A stretch of 45,422 nt of DNA from an uncultured Coriobacteriales bacterium (GTDB lineage Bacteria > Actinomycetota > Coriobacteriia > Coriobacteriales > UMGS124): positions 1 to 45,422 of the forward strand of contig CAIFEU010000003.1 in the NCBI GenBank assembly GCA_903789505.1, written 5' to 3'. The notes under the pieces are model-generated. The model worked only from the letters and a program-made list of their open reading frames with translations. It had not been told where the DNA came from and ran no database searches. Position numbers and translations under genes: made by a program. Below, piece after piece: positions 30,638-38,963 of the stretch (position 1 is its first letter; each line of letters opens with the position of its first letter).

Positions 30638-31444
30638 ATGCATTTGAATGAAGCGGGGGTTTCCTTTCCGATTAGCGATGAGATCAAGGTCGACGCCGCG
30701 GACAAGCTACTTTCCTTTGTCACCGCCTACGGCATCGACATCTCGGATGATGCATGCAAGAAGGAAATCGATTACCTCGAGATGATGCTCGAGAAGAATC
30801 AGTTTCTCAATCTCACTGCGGTTCGTGACTTTCAGAAGGGAATTATCCTTCATCTCGTCGATTCGTTGCTATATCTCAAAGAGATGAGAAAGTATTGTCC
30901 CTTCCTTGAGTATGACAGCGATGATGACGAAGAAGGCCACTCAAGCTTCGTTGACATGGGCTGTGGTGCAGGCCTCCCCGGAATTCCCCTTGCTATCGCC
31001 GACTCTTCTCTCCGTGGCGTACTATGTGACTCAACCAAAAAGAAGATTGCCGCGGTAGATGAGTTCATCGACAAGCTTTCCCTCGAGTCCCAGCTGTCAA
31101 CGTCCACACTTCGTCTGGAGGACCTCGCTCGGTCTCGAGGCTCTTCGTTTCCCTTCGCGCTCACTCGAGCGCTCTCTTCTCTGCCGACCGTCCTGGAATA
31201 CGGCAAACCCTTCTTGGCTGAGGACGGCGTTCTTATCGTATCCAAGGGAACTCCTGACGAGACCGAGCTTCGGAGGGCAAAGAGAGTCCAGAATCTTCTC
31301 GGGTTTGAGTTGATAGAGGTCGACGAGTTCGAGCTTCCTCTGGACTTTGGGCACAGGTCAATCTTTGTCTACAACAACGTCGGCGAGTCTCATGTCGAAC
31401 TTCCGAGAGCGGTCGGTATGGCGACCTCCTCTCCCCTTGCCTGA
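30638..31444 (+). CDS. rsmG: 16S rRNA (guanine527-N7)-methyltransferase RsmG
   Basis: NLTAVRD, SAM motif VDMGCGAGLPGIPLAI, and DS..KK. Start set at the ATG 9 nt after GAAGGAG; the ORF is open from 30518, so the start is uncertain. Confidence 0.8.
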   Translation: MHLNEAGVSFPISDEIKVDAADKLLSFVTAYGIDISDDACKKEIDYLEMMLEKNQFLNLTAVRDFQKGIILHLVDSLLYLKEMRKYCPFLEYDSDDDEEGHSSFVDMGCGAGLPGIPLAIADSSLRGVLCDSTKKKIAAVDEFIDKLSLESQLSTSTLRLEDLARSRGSSFPFALTRALSSLPTVLEYGKPFLAEDGVLIVSKGTPDETELRRAKRVQNLLGFELIEVDEFELPLDFGHRSIFVYNNVGESHVELPRAVGMATSSPLA

Positions 31445-31473
31445 CCTTCATTCAGCGTAATGCTCTTCTCCTC

Positions 31474-31510
31474 ATCCCCTCGTCAGAGTGAAATCTGATG
31501 AGGGGATTTT
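31474..31510 (+). terminator. rho-independent terminator after rsmG
   Basis: ATCCCCTCGTCAG-loop-CTGATGAGGGGAT followed by TTTT. Confidence 0.75.
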
Positions 31511-31985
31511 GATTTGCATTCAGTGCGAACCCCGTTGAGACCCAGTCGCAGATCTGACTGGAAATGCCGGTGTGGCATGTAAGCGCCATTTCGGTTCTGG
31601 GAGCCACCATCACTTGGGGTCAGAATTTGCGTCATGCTGGTCTTCCCGGATGTGTGACGCCAAATTGTGTCGTATCTGATGCAGAGGCTTTAATGACGGA
31701 ACTGATCTCCTTCATTGCCGATATCTGCTGTTCTTACTCATTGATTCAAGCACTAGGCTGACCATGTGGCGCGCCAAGTCCATAGTCAACTATGTGGTGA
31801 GTTTCGAAACGAATGTTCTTGTTGACTTGTCCCCCTTGCTCTTGACTCCTATCGTGCGATTGAACGTCGTGTTCCTATGGGTTCTTTCGAGATTTCTCTT
31901 TCCATGATGCGCGTTAGTTGTCAACTCTTCCTATGGTTGAATCACATTCTGTCTCACAATTTTTCTAATCTTCGCATTTTCATCT

Positions 31986-33085
31986 GGCGAATCCTCACTC
32001 CGAGCGCAACGACCCCTGAGCAGCGGAAGGCCCACGAGACTCCTACGATGGTGCTTGCGAAGACATCCGTCGGAGGGGGTCCCATGGGCCAGTACCACCA
32101 TCTTAGCCTCGCCGAGCGCGAGGACATCATGTTAATGCGCAGGGAGCGCATGGGCGTCCGCGAGATAGCCCGTGCCATCGGGAGGGACAAGTCCACCGTC
32201 TCCAGGGAGCTCGCCCGCAACTCCTCCCCGACGGGGGCGGTCCCCTACCACGGGGCGTCGACGGCCCAGCGGAAGAGCGAGCGGCGCCGCGCCCGCTGCC
32301 GCAGGCCGAGGCTGATGGACGACCCCGAGAGGAGGGCCCTGGTCGTGTCGAAGGTGCGCGACGACCGCTGGTCGCCCGAGCAGGTGGAGGGCAGGATCCG
32401 CGCGGAGCGCCCGGAGCTCGCCGTGAGCGACTCGACCATCTACCGGGCGATCGCGTCCGGCTCGCTCGACTGCGAGCTGCCGGGCCACCGCAGGATGTCC
32501 CGCATGCTGCGGCACCGTGGCAAGCGGCGCCGTCGCAGGGGGACGGAGGAGCGCAGGGGCAGGATCGAGGTCACGCACGAGCTCTCGGAGCGCCCTCCCG
32601 AGGCGTCGCGCCGCTCGCGGCCGGGCGACTGGGAGGGCGACACGGTCGCGGGGCGCCAGGGCGCCGCCTGCCTCGTGACGCTGGTGGACCGCAGGAGCGG
32701 CTACCTGGCCGGGGGGCTCGCGGCCCGGAAGTCGGCCGCGGAGGTCACCCGCGTCGTCGAGTCCTCGCTCTCCGGGATGCCCGCCGAGACGCTGACGCTG
32801 GACCGCGGCAAGGAGTTCGCCAGGGCCGCGGACATGCAGCGCGACCTGGGGACGCCGGTCTTCTTCTGCCTGCCCCACCATCCCTGGGAGAGGGGCACGA
32901 ACGAGAACACCAACGGGCTTCTGCGTGACTTCTTCCCGAAGGGCGGGAGCCTGGACGCGACGACGGACGAGGAGGTCCAGGCAGTCTATGCTACCCTCAA
33001 CCGCAGACCGCGCAAGCGCCTCGGCTGGAAGTGCCTCGAGGAGGTCTTCCACTCGAAGGCGTTGCACTTGCTATGAGGATTCGCC
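31986..33085 (+). mobile_element. IS30-family insertion sequence (1100 bp) with 3-bp target-site duplication TCT
   Basis: 26-bp imperfect terminal inverted repeats (GGCGAATCCTCA... at 31986-32011, with complement at 33060-33085; 21/26 match). TCT at 31983-31985 and 33086-33088. GC far higher than the flanks. The transposase stop lies inside the right IR. Confidence 0.88.
32084..33076 (+). CDS. IS30-family transposase
   Basis: N-terminal HTH (LSLAEREDIMLMRRERMGVREIARAIGRDKSTVSREL). DDE region GDWEGDTV...TLDRGKEF...PHHPWERGTNENTNGLLR. ATG after GGAGGGGG. Confidence 0.92.
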   Translation: MGQYHHLSLAEREDIMLMRRERMGVREIARAIGRDKSTVSRELARNSSPTGAVPYHGASTAQRKSERRRARCRRPRLMDDPERRALVVSKVRDDRWSPEQVEGRIRAERPELAVSDSTIYRAIASGSLDCELPGHRRMSRMLRHRGKRRRRRGTEERRGRIEVTHELSERPPEASRRSRPGDWEGDTVAGRQGAACLVTLVDRRSGYLAGGLAARKSAAEVTRVVESSLSGMPAETLTLDRGKEFARAADMQRDLGTPVFFCLPHHPWERGTNENTNGLLRDFFPKGGSLDATTDEEVQAVYATLNRRPRKRLGWKCLEEVFHSKALHLL

Positions 33086-33196
33086 TCTTGTATCAATATT
33101 GAATCAATTGATTATCTGTCTAAATTTCTAATTATATTTCATTTATTCATTTCAATTTTGATTGAGTCGAATTCGTTTTCCATTGGTTTTGGCTGT

Positions 33197-33212
33197 TGTT
33201 TCACGTGAAACA
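33197..33212. promoter_or_regulatory. parS site 1
   Basis: Perfect 16-bp palindrome TGTTTCACGTGAAACA, the canonical ParB/Spo0J binding site. Confidence 0.9.
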
Positions 33213-33239
33213 GTGTGTCATCCAGTATGCAACCCCTCC

Positions 33240-33255
33240 TGTTTCACGTGAAACA
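33240..33255. promoter_or_regulatory. parS site 2
   Basis: Perfect TGTTTCACGTGAAACA. Confidence 0.9.
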
Positions 33256-33273
33256 AACCGGAAGAGACAAACG

Positions 33274-33289
33274 TGTTTCACGTGAAACA
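33274..33289. promoter_or_regulatory. parS site 3
   Basis: Perfect TGTTTCACGTGAAACA. Confidence 0.9.
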
Positions 33290-33489
33290 AGAAGATAGGA
33301 AGCAAGCAAAGATAACAATAGGTTAGAGAAAGAACGAGAGAAGAACTAAAGTAGATGCAAATTGTCAGGGGAAGAGAAATAGGGACAAAAAGCAAAAAGA
33401 GGCTTAGGAGTGTTGGGAGATAATAGGACGACTCCGTGAAATGCAGCTGAGCAGAAGCAGGAATCAAATACCACAGGAGAAATTACAAG

Positions 33490-34272
33490 ATGAAAAAGAG
33501 AAAAAACGAAGGACCATCACGAGTCATTGTGATAATGAATCAAAAAGGCGGTGTAGGGAAGTCAACAACGGCAGTAAATTTGGCAGCAGCATTAGGAAAG
33601 AAATATAAAGTACTTGTCGTTGACTTTGACCCGCAGGGGAATGCCACCTCTGGTCTGGGAATAGACAAAAACACGGTAGTCGGAAGCATATACGACGTGA
33701 TTTTGGGCGATTTAAGCGCCTCAGAGGTCGTAGTGAAGTCGGGAACAACTGACGTATACGTGATTCCCTCAACCATACAACTTGCCGGCGCAGAGATTGA
33801 ACTGGTACCAGTCGAGAAGAGGGAATTCGTTCTCAAGAACAGTCTGAATGAGATTGAGGATGACTATGACTTCATCCTGATAGACTGTCCGCCCTCTCTG
33901 GGGATATTGACTCTGAACGCAATGGCAGCGGGAAATGAACTTCTCATCCCAATCCAGTGCGAATACTATGCGCTTGAAGGCGTGAGTAAACTACTTGAGT
34001 CACTGAAAATGGTTCAAGCAAAGATAAATCCAGACATTCACATCCTCGGGATACTAATGACGATGTATGACTCGCGAACTTCGCTGTCAAAGCAGGTGGT
34101 GAAGGAAGTGCAGTCGTACTTTGGCAATCAAGTGTTCAAGACCATAATCCCGAGGAGCGTAAGACTGAGCGAGGCTCCAAGCTACGGGCAGTCCGTCCTT
34201 GACTTTGCGCCTCATAGCAAAGGGGCGACAGCCTACAAGAACCTCGCGAAGGAAGTGATTAAGCGTGGCTAA
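33490..34272 (+). CDS. parA: chromosome partitioning ATPase ParA/Soj
   Basis: Deviant Walker A NQKGGVGKSTT, then DFDPQGN and IDCPPSLG motifs. Confidence 0.93.
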   Translation: MKKRKNEGPSRVIVIMNQKGGVGKSTTAVNLAAALGKKYKVLVVDFDPQGNATSGLGIDKNTVVGSIYDVILGDLSASEVVVKSGTTDVYVIPSTIQLAGAEIELVPVEKREFVLKNSLNEIEDDYDFILIDCPPSLGILTLNAMAAGNELLIPIQCEYYALEGVSKLLESLKMVQAKINPDIHILGILMTMYDSRTSLSKQVVKEVQSYFGNQVFKTIIPRSVRLSEAPSYGQSVLDFAPHSKGATAYKNLAKEVIKRG

Positions 34273-35155
34273 AAAAACGGGTCTCGGAAGAGGACTGGGT
34301 TCATTAATCAGTGAAACGACGCTTGAGGCAAACACCGAGGAGATGCTTAAAGGTCAGGATGCAACGCCGACTGCGGAGCTAAACATTGAGATGATTCACC
34401 GGAACATCCATCAGCCGCGCACGCAGTTCGATGAGGATGAGCTCCAGGAGTTGGCGGACTCTATCAAGCAGGTTGGAATTCTGCAGCCAATTATTGTCCG
34501 TCCGGATGGTGAGAAATTTCAAATCATCGCGGGCGAGAGAAGATATCAGGCGGCGGTGAAAGCGGGACTCAAGAAAGTACCCGTCATTATCAGAGATGTT
34601 CAAGACAAGGAAATGCTTGAACTGGCTTTGATAGAGAATATCCAAAGAAGTAATCTTAATAGCATCGAAGAAGCACGAGCATATCGTGAGCTCATGAGTT
34701 CGACTCAAGTCACGCAGGAAGAGCTCTCAAAGATGCTATCCAAGTCCCGGTCTGCGGTCGCGAATACGTTGCGCCTGCTTGAACTACCCGACGAGGTGCA
34801 AGACCTGGTATTTGACGGGAAACTTACGGCGGGCCATGCGCGCGCTCTCCTCTCTCTGAAGGATGAAGAGACCCAAATCAAAATGGCATACAAGATTGTG
34901 AAGGAGAAGATGTCAGTCAGGCAGGTCGAGGAGAGCGTGAAGCGTCTGCTTGAAGATAAGCCGGCACGCACCAGAGCGAAGAAGCCTGCAGAGTATGTGT
35001 CACTCGAGAAGCAGCTGTCCGCCCATTTCGGAACTAAGGTAAAGCTGAAGCTGGGCAAGGACAGTGCTGCGTCAAAGATTGAAATTTCATTCTCGAACGA
35101 AGAACAGTTGGAGCGAATACTCAACATAATGAACCAGGGGATGGATGAGGGATGA
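34265..35155 (+). CDS. parB: chromosome partitioning protein ParB/Spo0J
   Basis: GLGRGLGSLI N-terminus, the ParB box IIAGERRYQAA (GERR arginine patch), and an HTH. GTG start overlapping the parA stop. Confidence 0.93.
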   Translation: MAKKTGLGRGLGSLISETTLEANTEEMLKGQDATPTAELNIEMIHRNIHQPRTQFDEDELQELADSIKQVGILQPIIVRPDGEKFQIIAGERRYQAAVKAGLKKVPVIIRDVQDKEMLELALIENIQRSNLNSIEEARAYRELMSSTQVTQEELSKMLSKSRSAVANTLRLLELPDEVQDLVFDGKLTAGHARALLSLKDEETQIKMAYKIVKEKMSVRQVEESVKRLLEDKPARTRAKKPAEYVSLEKQLSAHFGTKVKLKLGKDSAASKIEISFSNEEQLERILNIMNQGMDEG

Positions 35156-35403
35156 ACAGAGGAGTAAAGATTGCCGGATTGGTAGCCGGATGCTCTATGG
35201 TGTGCATGTTTGTGAACATGTATCAGAAAGATGAGAGAGTAAAGGAAGCAGTTGATACATCGGTACAAAAGGTAACTGACCTTATAAGTATTGTTCAAGG
35301 GAAGGTAAAACAAAAAGAGATGGACAGAGAGGAACAGCTCGCAGAGGATACGGCGAGAAACCAACGTTGGGTTGACCAGCAATGGGATTCGCTAGGAATC
35401 TAA
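35152..35403 (+). CDS. small membrane-anchored hypothetical protein (83 aa), translationally coupled to parB
   Basis: ATGA overlap with the parB stop. One N-terminal hydrophobic helix, then a charged helical tail. Followed by a strong terminator. Confidence 0.5.
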   Translation: MNRGVKIAGLVAGCSMVCMFVNMYQKDERVKEAVDTSVQKVTDLISIVQGKVKQKEMDREEQLAEDTARNQRWVDQQWDSLGI

Positions 35404-35412
35404 AGAAGAAAG

Positions 35413-35452
35413 AAAGCCCCTAATCAATCCATTTGGTTGATTAGGGGCTTTT
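35413..35452. terminator. bidirectional rho-independent terminator between convergent parB-operon and rlmN
   Basis: AAAGCCCCTAATCAA-loop-TTGATTAGGGGCTTTT, with an A-run on one side and a T-run on the other. Confidence 0.8.
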
Positions 35453-35475
35453 GCATCAGGGAGACGACGTGTGCG

Positions 35476-36522
35476 CTACTTGCGAGAGGCCTTCTGCTTG
35501 AGCTGGCCGCAAGCGGCGTCGATGTCAGAGCCGCGGGACTCGCGAACGGTGACTTCGACACCGGCGCGCTCGAGTCCGATCTTGAAGGCGTTGAGCCTTT
35601 CGTCGGTGGAGGGATGGTACGAGCTTCCCTTAACCTCGTTGAGCTGGATGAGGTTCACATGGCAGAGGGTGCGTCGCGTGAAGGCGACGAGGGCCTTCAA
35701 CTCAGCATCGGAATCGTTGATGCCTGCCATCAAGGCATATTCATACGTGGGACGACGACCGGTTGCCTCGGCATAAGAGGCAATGGAATCATGTAGCCTC
35801 TCAAGCGGATAGGAGCGCACGCCTGGCATGATGCGGTCCCTGGTTTCCTGCACCGCGGAATGAAGCGAGACGGCAAGAGTGAACTGCTCGGGCTCCTGGG
35901 CAAAGCGGCGAATCTGTGGGAGGATGCCACAAGTGGAGACGGTGATGTGACGGGCGCCGATTCCCAGCCCGTCCTTCGAGTTGAAGATGCGCATCGCCTC
36001 GATCGAAGCGTCATAGTTCAGGAAAGGCTCACCCTGTCCCATGAGGACGACGTTGGTTACGCGCTGACCGAAGTCCTGTGCGATGACGGTCGCCTGGTCG
36101 ACGATCTCGCCGCAGCCAAGGCTACGCGTATAGCCGTTGCGCCCAGTGGCGCAGAACTGGCAGCGCATGGGGCATCCTGCCTGAGTGGAGACGCACGCGC
36201 TCAGACGAGTCTTGGTGGGCATGGCAACCGACTCCACGAGTGCGCCGTCGCCAAGGCGAAGCAGATACTTCCGCGTGCCGTCCTGCGAGACCTGTTTGCG
36301 CACGATTTCGGGGAAGTGCAGGGGGAGACTCTCCGAGAGCTGCTCTCGAAGGGCGAGGGGAAGGTTCGTCATCTCGTCATACGAGTGGGCTCCCTTCTGG
36401 TAGAGCCACTGGATGACCTGTTTGGCACGAAAAGCAGGAAGCCCGACTTCGGCGAACTGACTCGTGATTTCGTCGCGGGATAGTGCCTTGATGCCTATCA
36501 GGTCGGCGGTTGCCCTCTGCAT
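35476..36522 (-). CDS. rlmN: 23S rRNA/tRNA (adenine-C2)-methyltransferase RlmN (radical SAM)
   Basis: CVSTQAGCPMRCQFCATG radical-SAM cluster, GMGEP-like MGQGEPFLNY, and a C-terminal CGQL motif. Confidence 0.9.
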   Translation of the reverse strand: MQRATADLIGIKALSRDEITSQFAEVGLPAFRAKQVIQWLYQKGAHSYDEMTNLPLALREQLSESLPLHFPEIVRKQVSQDGTRKYLLRLGDGALVESVAMPTKTRLSACVSTQAGCPMRCQFCATGRNGYTRSLGCGEIVDQATVIAQDFGQRVTNVVLMGQGEPFLNYDASIEAMRIFNSKDGLGIGARHITVSTCGILPQIRRFAQEPEQFTLAVSLHSAVQETRDRIMPGVRSYPLERLHDSIASYAEATGRRPTYEYALMAGINDSDAELKALVAFTRRTLCHVNLIQLNEVKGSSYHPSTDERLNAFKIGLERAGVEVTVRESRGSDIDAACGQLKQKASRK

Positions 36523-36614
36523 GAGCGATGCTCCAAACTTCTCGCAGGACGCGGTAGGAACGCACGGATGGTCGACGACACCGAGCGTCGACCATGACCG
36601 TGCTAGGGGACAGC

Positions 36615-37163
36615 TTACACGTGATTGCGCGCGGCATCGACGATGTCTTGGGCGGCGTCTACATTGAAGCGGTCCTGGTCGGGACGTTCACCGTCCGCGA
36701 TAGCGAGGGCAATCATGTCGCCGCGCGTGAGCGTCTTGCCCTCGTCGCGCTTCTCGCGATAGAAGGCGACCTTCTTTCCCATGATTGCCCCTTCAAGCGT
36801 GTCCTTGCGGGCGAGACCGCCGGGCAAAGCCTTGTAGAAGACGGACTCCTGCAGGAAGTCGGGAAGATTGCGATGCTTGATGTCGCGGATGATGTCATCG
36901 TTGACGGAGGAGAGTCCCGCGGAGAAGACGATGAGCGTCTGGTCGCCAAGGTACTCGTAGCCATCGATGAGACCTTTGATGCCCTCGATCTTGTTGTGGT
37001 GCAGCCCTCCCCCGTATATCACCACGGGATAGCACGACACCCTGAAGAGGTTTGCCTTGCGAACGGGCTTGATGTCGTAGTTGAGCGTCTCGGCGAGATA
37101 CTCGGCGTATCGCTTCGAGTACCCGGTCTGAGAGGAGTAGATGATGATGCCGTCCTTTGCCAC
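36615..37163 (-). CDS. flavodoxin-domain protein
   Basis: N-terminus IIIYSSQTGYSKRYAEYLA resembles a flavodoxin FMN-binding loop. 182 aa. Confidence 0.6.
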   Translation of the reverse strand: MAKDGIIIYSSQTGYSKRYAEYLAETLNYDIKPVRKANLFRVSCYPVVIYGGGLHHNKIEGIKGLIDGYEYLGDQTLIVFSAGLSSVNDDIIRDIKHRNLPDFLQESVFYKALPGGLARKDTLEGAIMGKKVAFYREKRDEGKTLTRGDMIALAIADGERPDQDRFNVDAAQDIVDAARNHV

Positions 37164-37315
37164 GATGCCTCCTTATATGACTGTCGCGTATGCATGCGAG
37201 CAATCATGAAGTAATTTGTGATTAAAAAAATCATAAATTTAAATAAATCAAATATTGAAATCACGTATTAAAGAAAATTATGTGACAGGTGTTTCGTACA
37301 AGGCATATTCCCCAA

Positions 37316-37978
37316 TCAGGACCCCGAGACGCAGGAGTGGATCAAAAAGACTATCAGGACCACGATGACGACGAGGACGACGACGGTGAAGATGATGGGG
37401 CCGGGACGCCCCTCGACCACCCCGGCGGCGAGCTTGTCGGTTGCCGACATCTTGCGCTTGAAGACGACCGTGTTGGAGCCGCGCTTGGTGGAGATGGGCA
37501 GGGGTTCCTGCTCGGTCGCGCGCCATTGCCCCTTGGAGTTGAGGACCTCTTCGTACTGCGTGCCGGTCAGAGAGAGCTTGGGGCGCTTGCCGGACCTAAT
37601 GGCCTGGGCGACGCCCTCGATGTAGCCGTCAAACGCCTTGATCTGCTCGGTCATGTCAGGCTTGAGGTTGTACAGGACGTAAGCCACCTCGCCCCGATAC
37701 AGCTTTTTCTTGCCGTCGTAGTACACCAGCGTGAGCCAGGCGCGATACGTCCAGTGGTTCTCGAGCGCCTCCTGGATGCGGAGCTTGTTCTTGGGGCGCA
37801 CGATGCCGAGGGAGTTGCCGTTCTTCTCCAGGACCCTGAAGCCGCCCTGGTCCTGCATCGGGCTGAAGGTGACGGGCATGCCGATGACCGCCTCCGCGGA
37901 CGAGAGGCGGTCGCTCTCCTCTTTGGTCTCCTCTTCGATTGTGAGGTACTCGCCTGCGTACACGTCGACCTTGCTCAT
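37316..37978 (-). CDS. hypothetical C-terminally membrane-anchored protein (220 aa)
   Basis: ATG at 37978 preceded by AGGAGG. C-terminal helix IIFTVVVLVVIVVLIVFLI. I recognise no family. Confidence 0.55.
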   Translation of the reverse strand: MSKVDVYAGEYLTIEEETKEESDRLSSAEAVIGMPVTFSPMQDQGGFRVLEKNGNSLGIVRPKNKLRIQEALENHWTYRAWLTLVYYDGKKKLYRGEVAYVLYNLKPDMTEQIKAFDGYIEGVAQAIRSGKRPKLSLTGTQYEEVLNSKGQWRATEQEPLPISTKRGSNTVVFKRKMSATDKLAAGVVEGRPGPIIFTVVVLVVIVVLIVFLIHSCVSGS

Positions 37979-38032
37979 GCGGCCTCCTGACGAAAATCCG
38001 ACTGACTCGCGGCTCGCGCGCCGACTGCAATC

Positions 38033-38074
38033 GCCCACATTAGACAGTAGATAACCCACATTAGACAGTAGATA
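38033..38074. repeat. perfect tandem duplication of a 21-bp unit (CCCACATTAGACAGTAGATAA x2)
   Basis: Units at 38033-38053 and 38054-38074 are identical. They lie about 55 nt upstream of the 37978 start codon on the minus strand. Confidence 0.9.
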
Positions 38075-38328
38075 ATAATGAAGCGCGCGACGTGCGCCAT
38101 GACCTGCGCAAAGAATTCTCCCCACCATACCATTCAATCACTTGCGCATCGAGGCACAATCGCAGGTGGCGGAGTCCGGACGCCCGGTAGCTGCGAGGGG
38201 TCGCGGGGCCGCGCGGGACATCGGAGAACCGCCACATTCTGGCGAGAATAAATTCAATCGCAACCGCGATGCGGTAGCATTGTCCCAAAGCAACCAGCCT
38301 GCTCGTCGTGGGCGCGAAGGAGGGCCTC

Positions 38329-38913
38329 ATGGTGATGAAGTCATTTGAGGATAAGCCGCCGAAGGGATTCGGGGATTTCTTCGACAAGAACGGCAGCGCG
38401 CACGCGGGCGACCTGGAGATTCGCTGCACCACGCTCGACCAGCTAACCGACAAGGACGTCGAGCAGATCGACGCGGTGAGGGAACGCGCGCTGGACTCAT
38501 TCGAGCACGACACGGGAAACCGCGTGAGCCGCGTGCCGATTAGCGAGGAGCTCCGGATGCTCCCCGAGGGGCTGACCCCCCTCGACAAGCTCGTGCTGCG
38601 TGCCTACGAGGGCGACCAGCTGGTCGCGTACGCCCACGTGCTGTGCGGCTGGCCGCACTCCACGGAGTGGACGATAGAGCAGCTGATCCTGAACCCGGAC
38701 TACCGCCTCAAGGGAATCGGGACGCGGGTGGTCTCGGCCATCGAGGAGCTCGCGAACCACGCCGAGATTCGCGCGACTGCGATCATGTCGATGCCGTCGC
38801 GCCCGGGTGCGGCGTCGTTCTGGAACAAGCTGGGGTACGAGACCGAGGAGAAGCCGGCGCAGGAGAAGTTCGGCGACGCGAGCGTGAACATCCTGCGCAA
38901 GAGCCTGTACTGA
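38329..38913 (+). CDS. GNAT-family N-acetyltransferase
   Basis: Acetyl-CoA motif-A-like IEQLILNPDYRLKGIGTRVVSAIEE. ATG after GAAGGAGG. Confidence 0.7.
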   Translation: MVMKSFEDKPPKGFGDFFDKNGSAHAGDLEIRCTTLDQLTDKDVEQIDAVRERALDSFEHDTGNRVSRVPISEELRMLPEGLTPLDKLVLRAYEGDQLVAYAHVLCGWPHSTEWTIEQLILNPDYRLKGIGTRVVSAIEELANHAEIRATAIMSMPSRPGAASFWNKLGYETEEKPAQEKFGDASVNILRKSLY

Positions 38914-38963
38914 GCGATTGGGCTCGAGACCGGGCACCGCGGAGCATAAGGAGCCAGTTCGGC

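Noticed and set aside
31564-31761. 65-aa ORF in the rsmG to IS30 intergenic region
   Set aside because: It has no RBS, an odd composition and no motif, and it lies in AT-richer non-coding DNA.
37200-37290. CRP/FNR-like site in the AT-rich region (TGTGATT ... AAATCACG)
   Set aside because: The half-sites are about 35 bp apart instead of the 6-bp spacing required for a CRP/FNR-type site. The match is probably a chance occurrence in AT-rich DNA.
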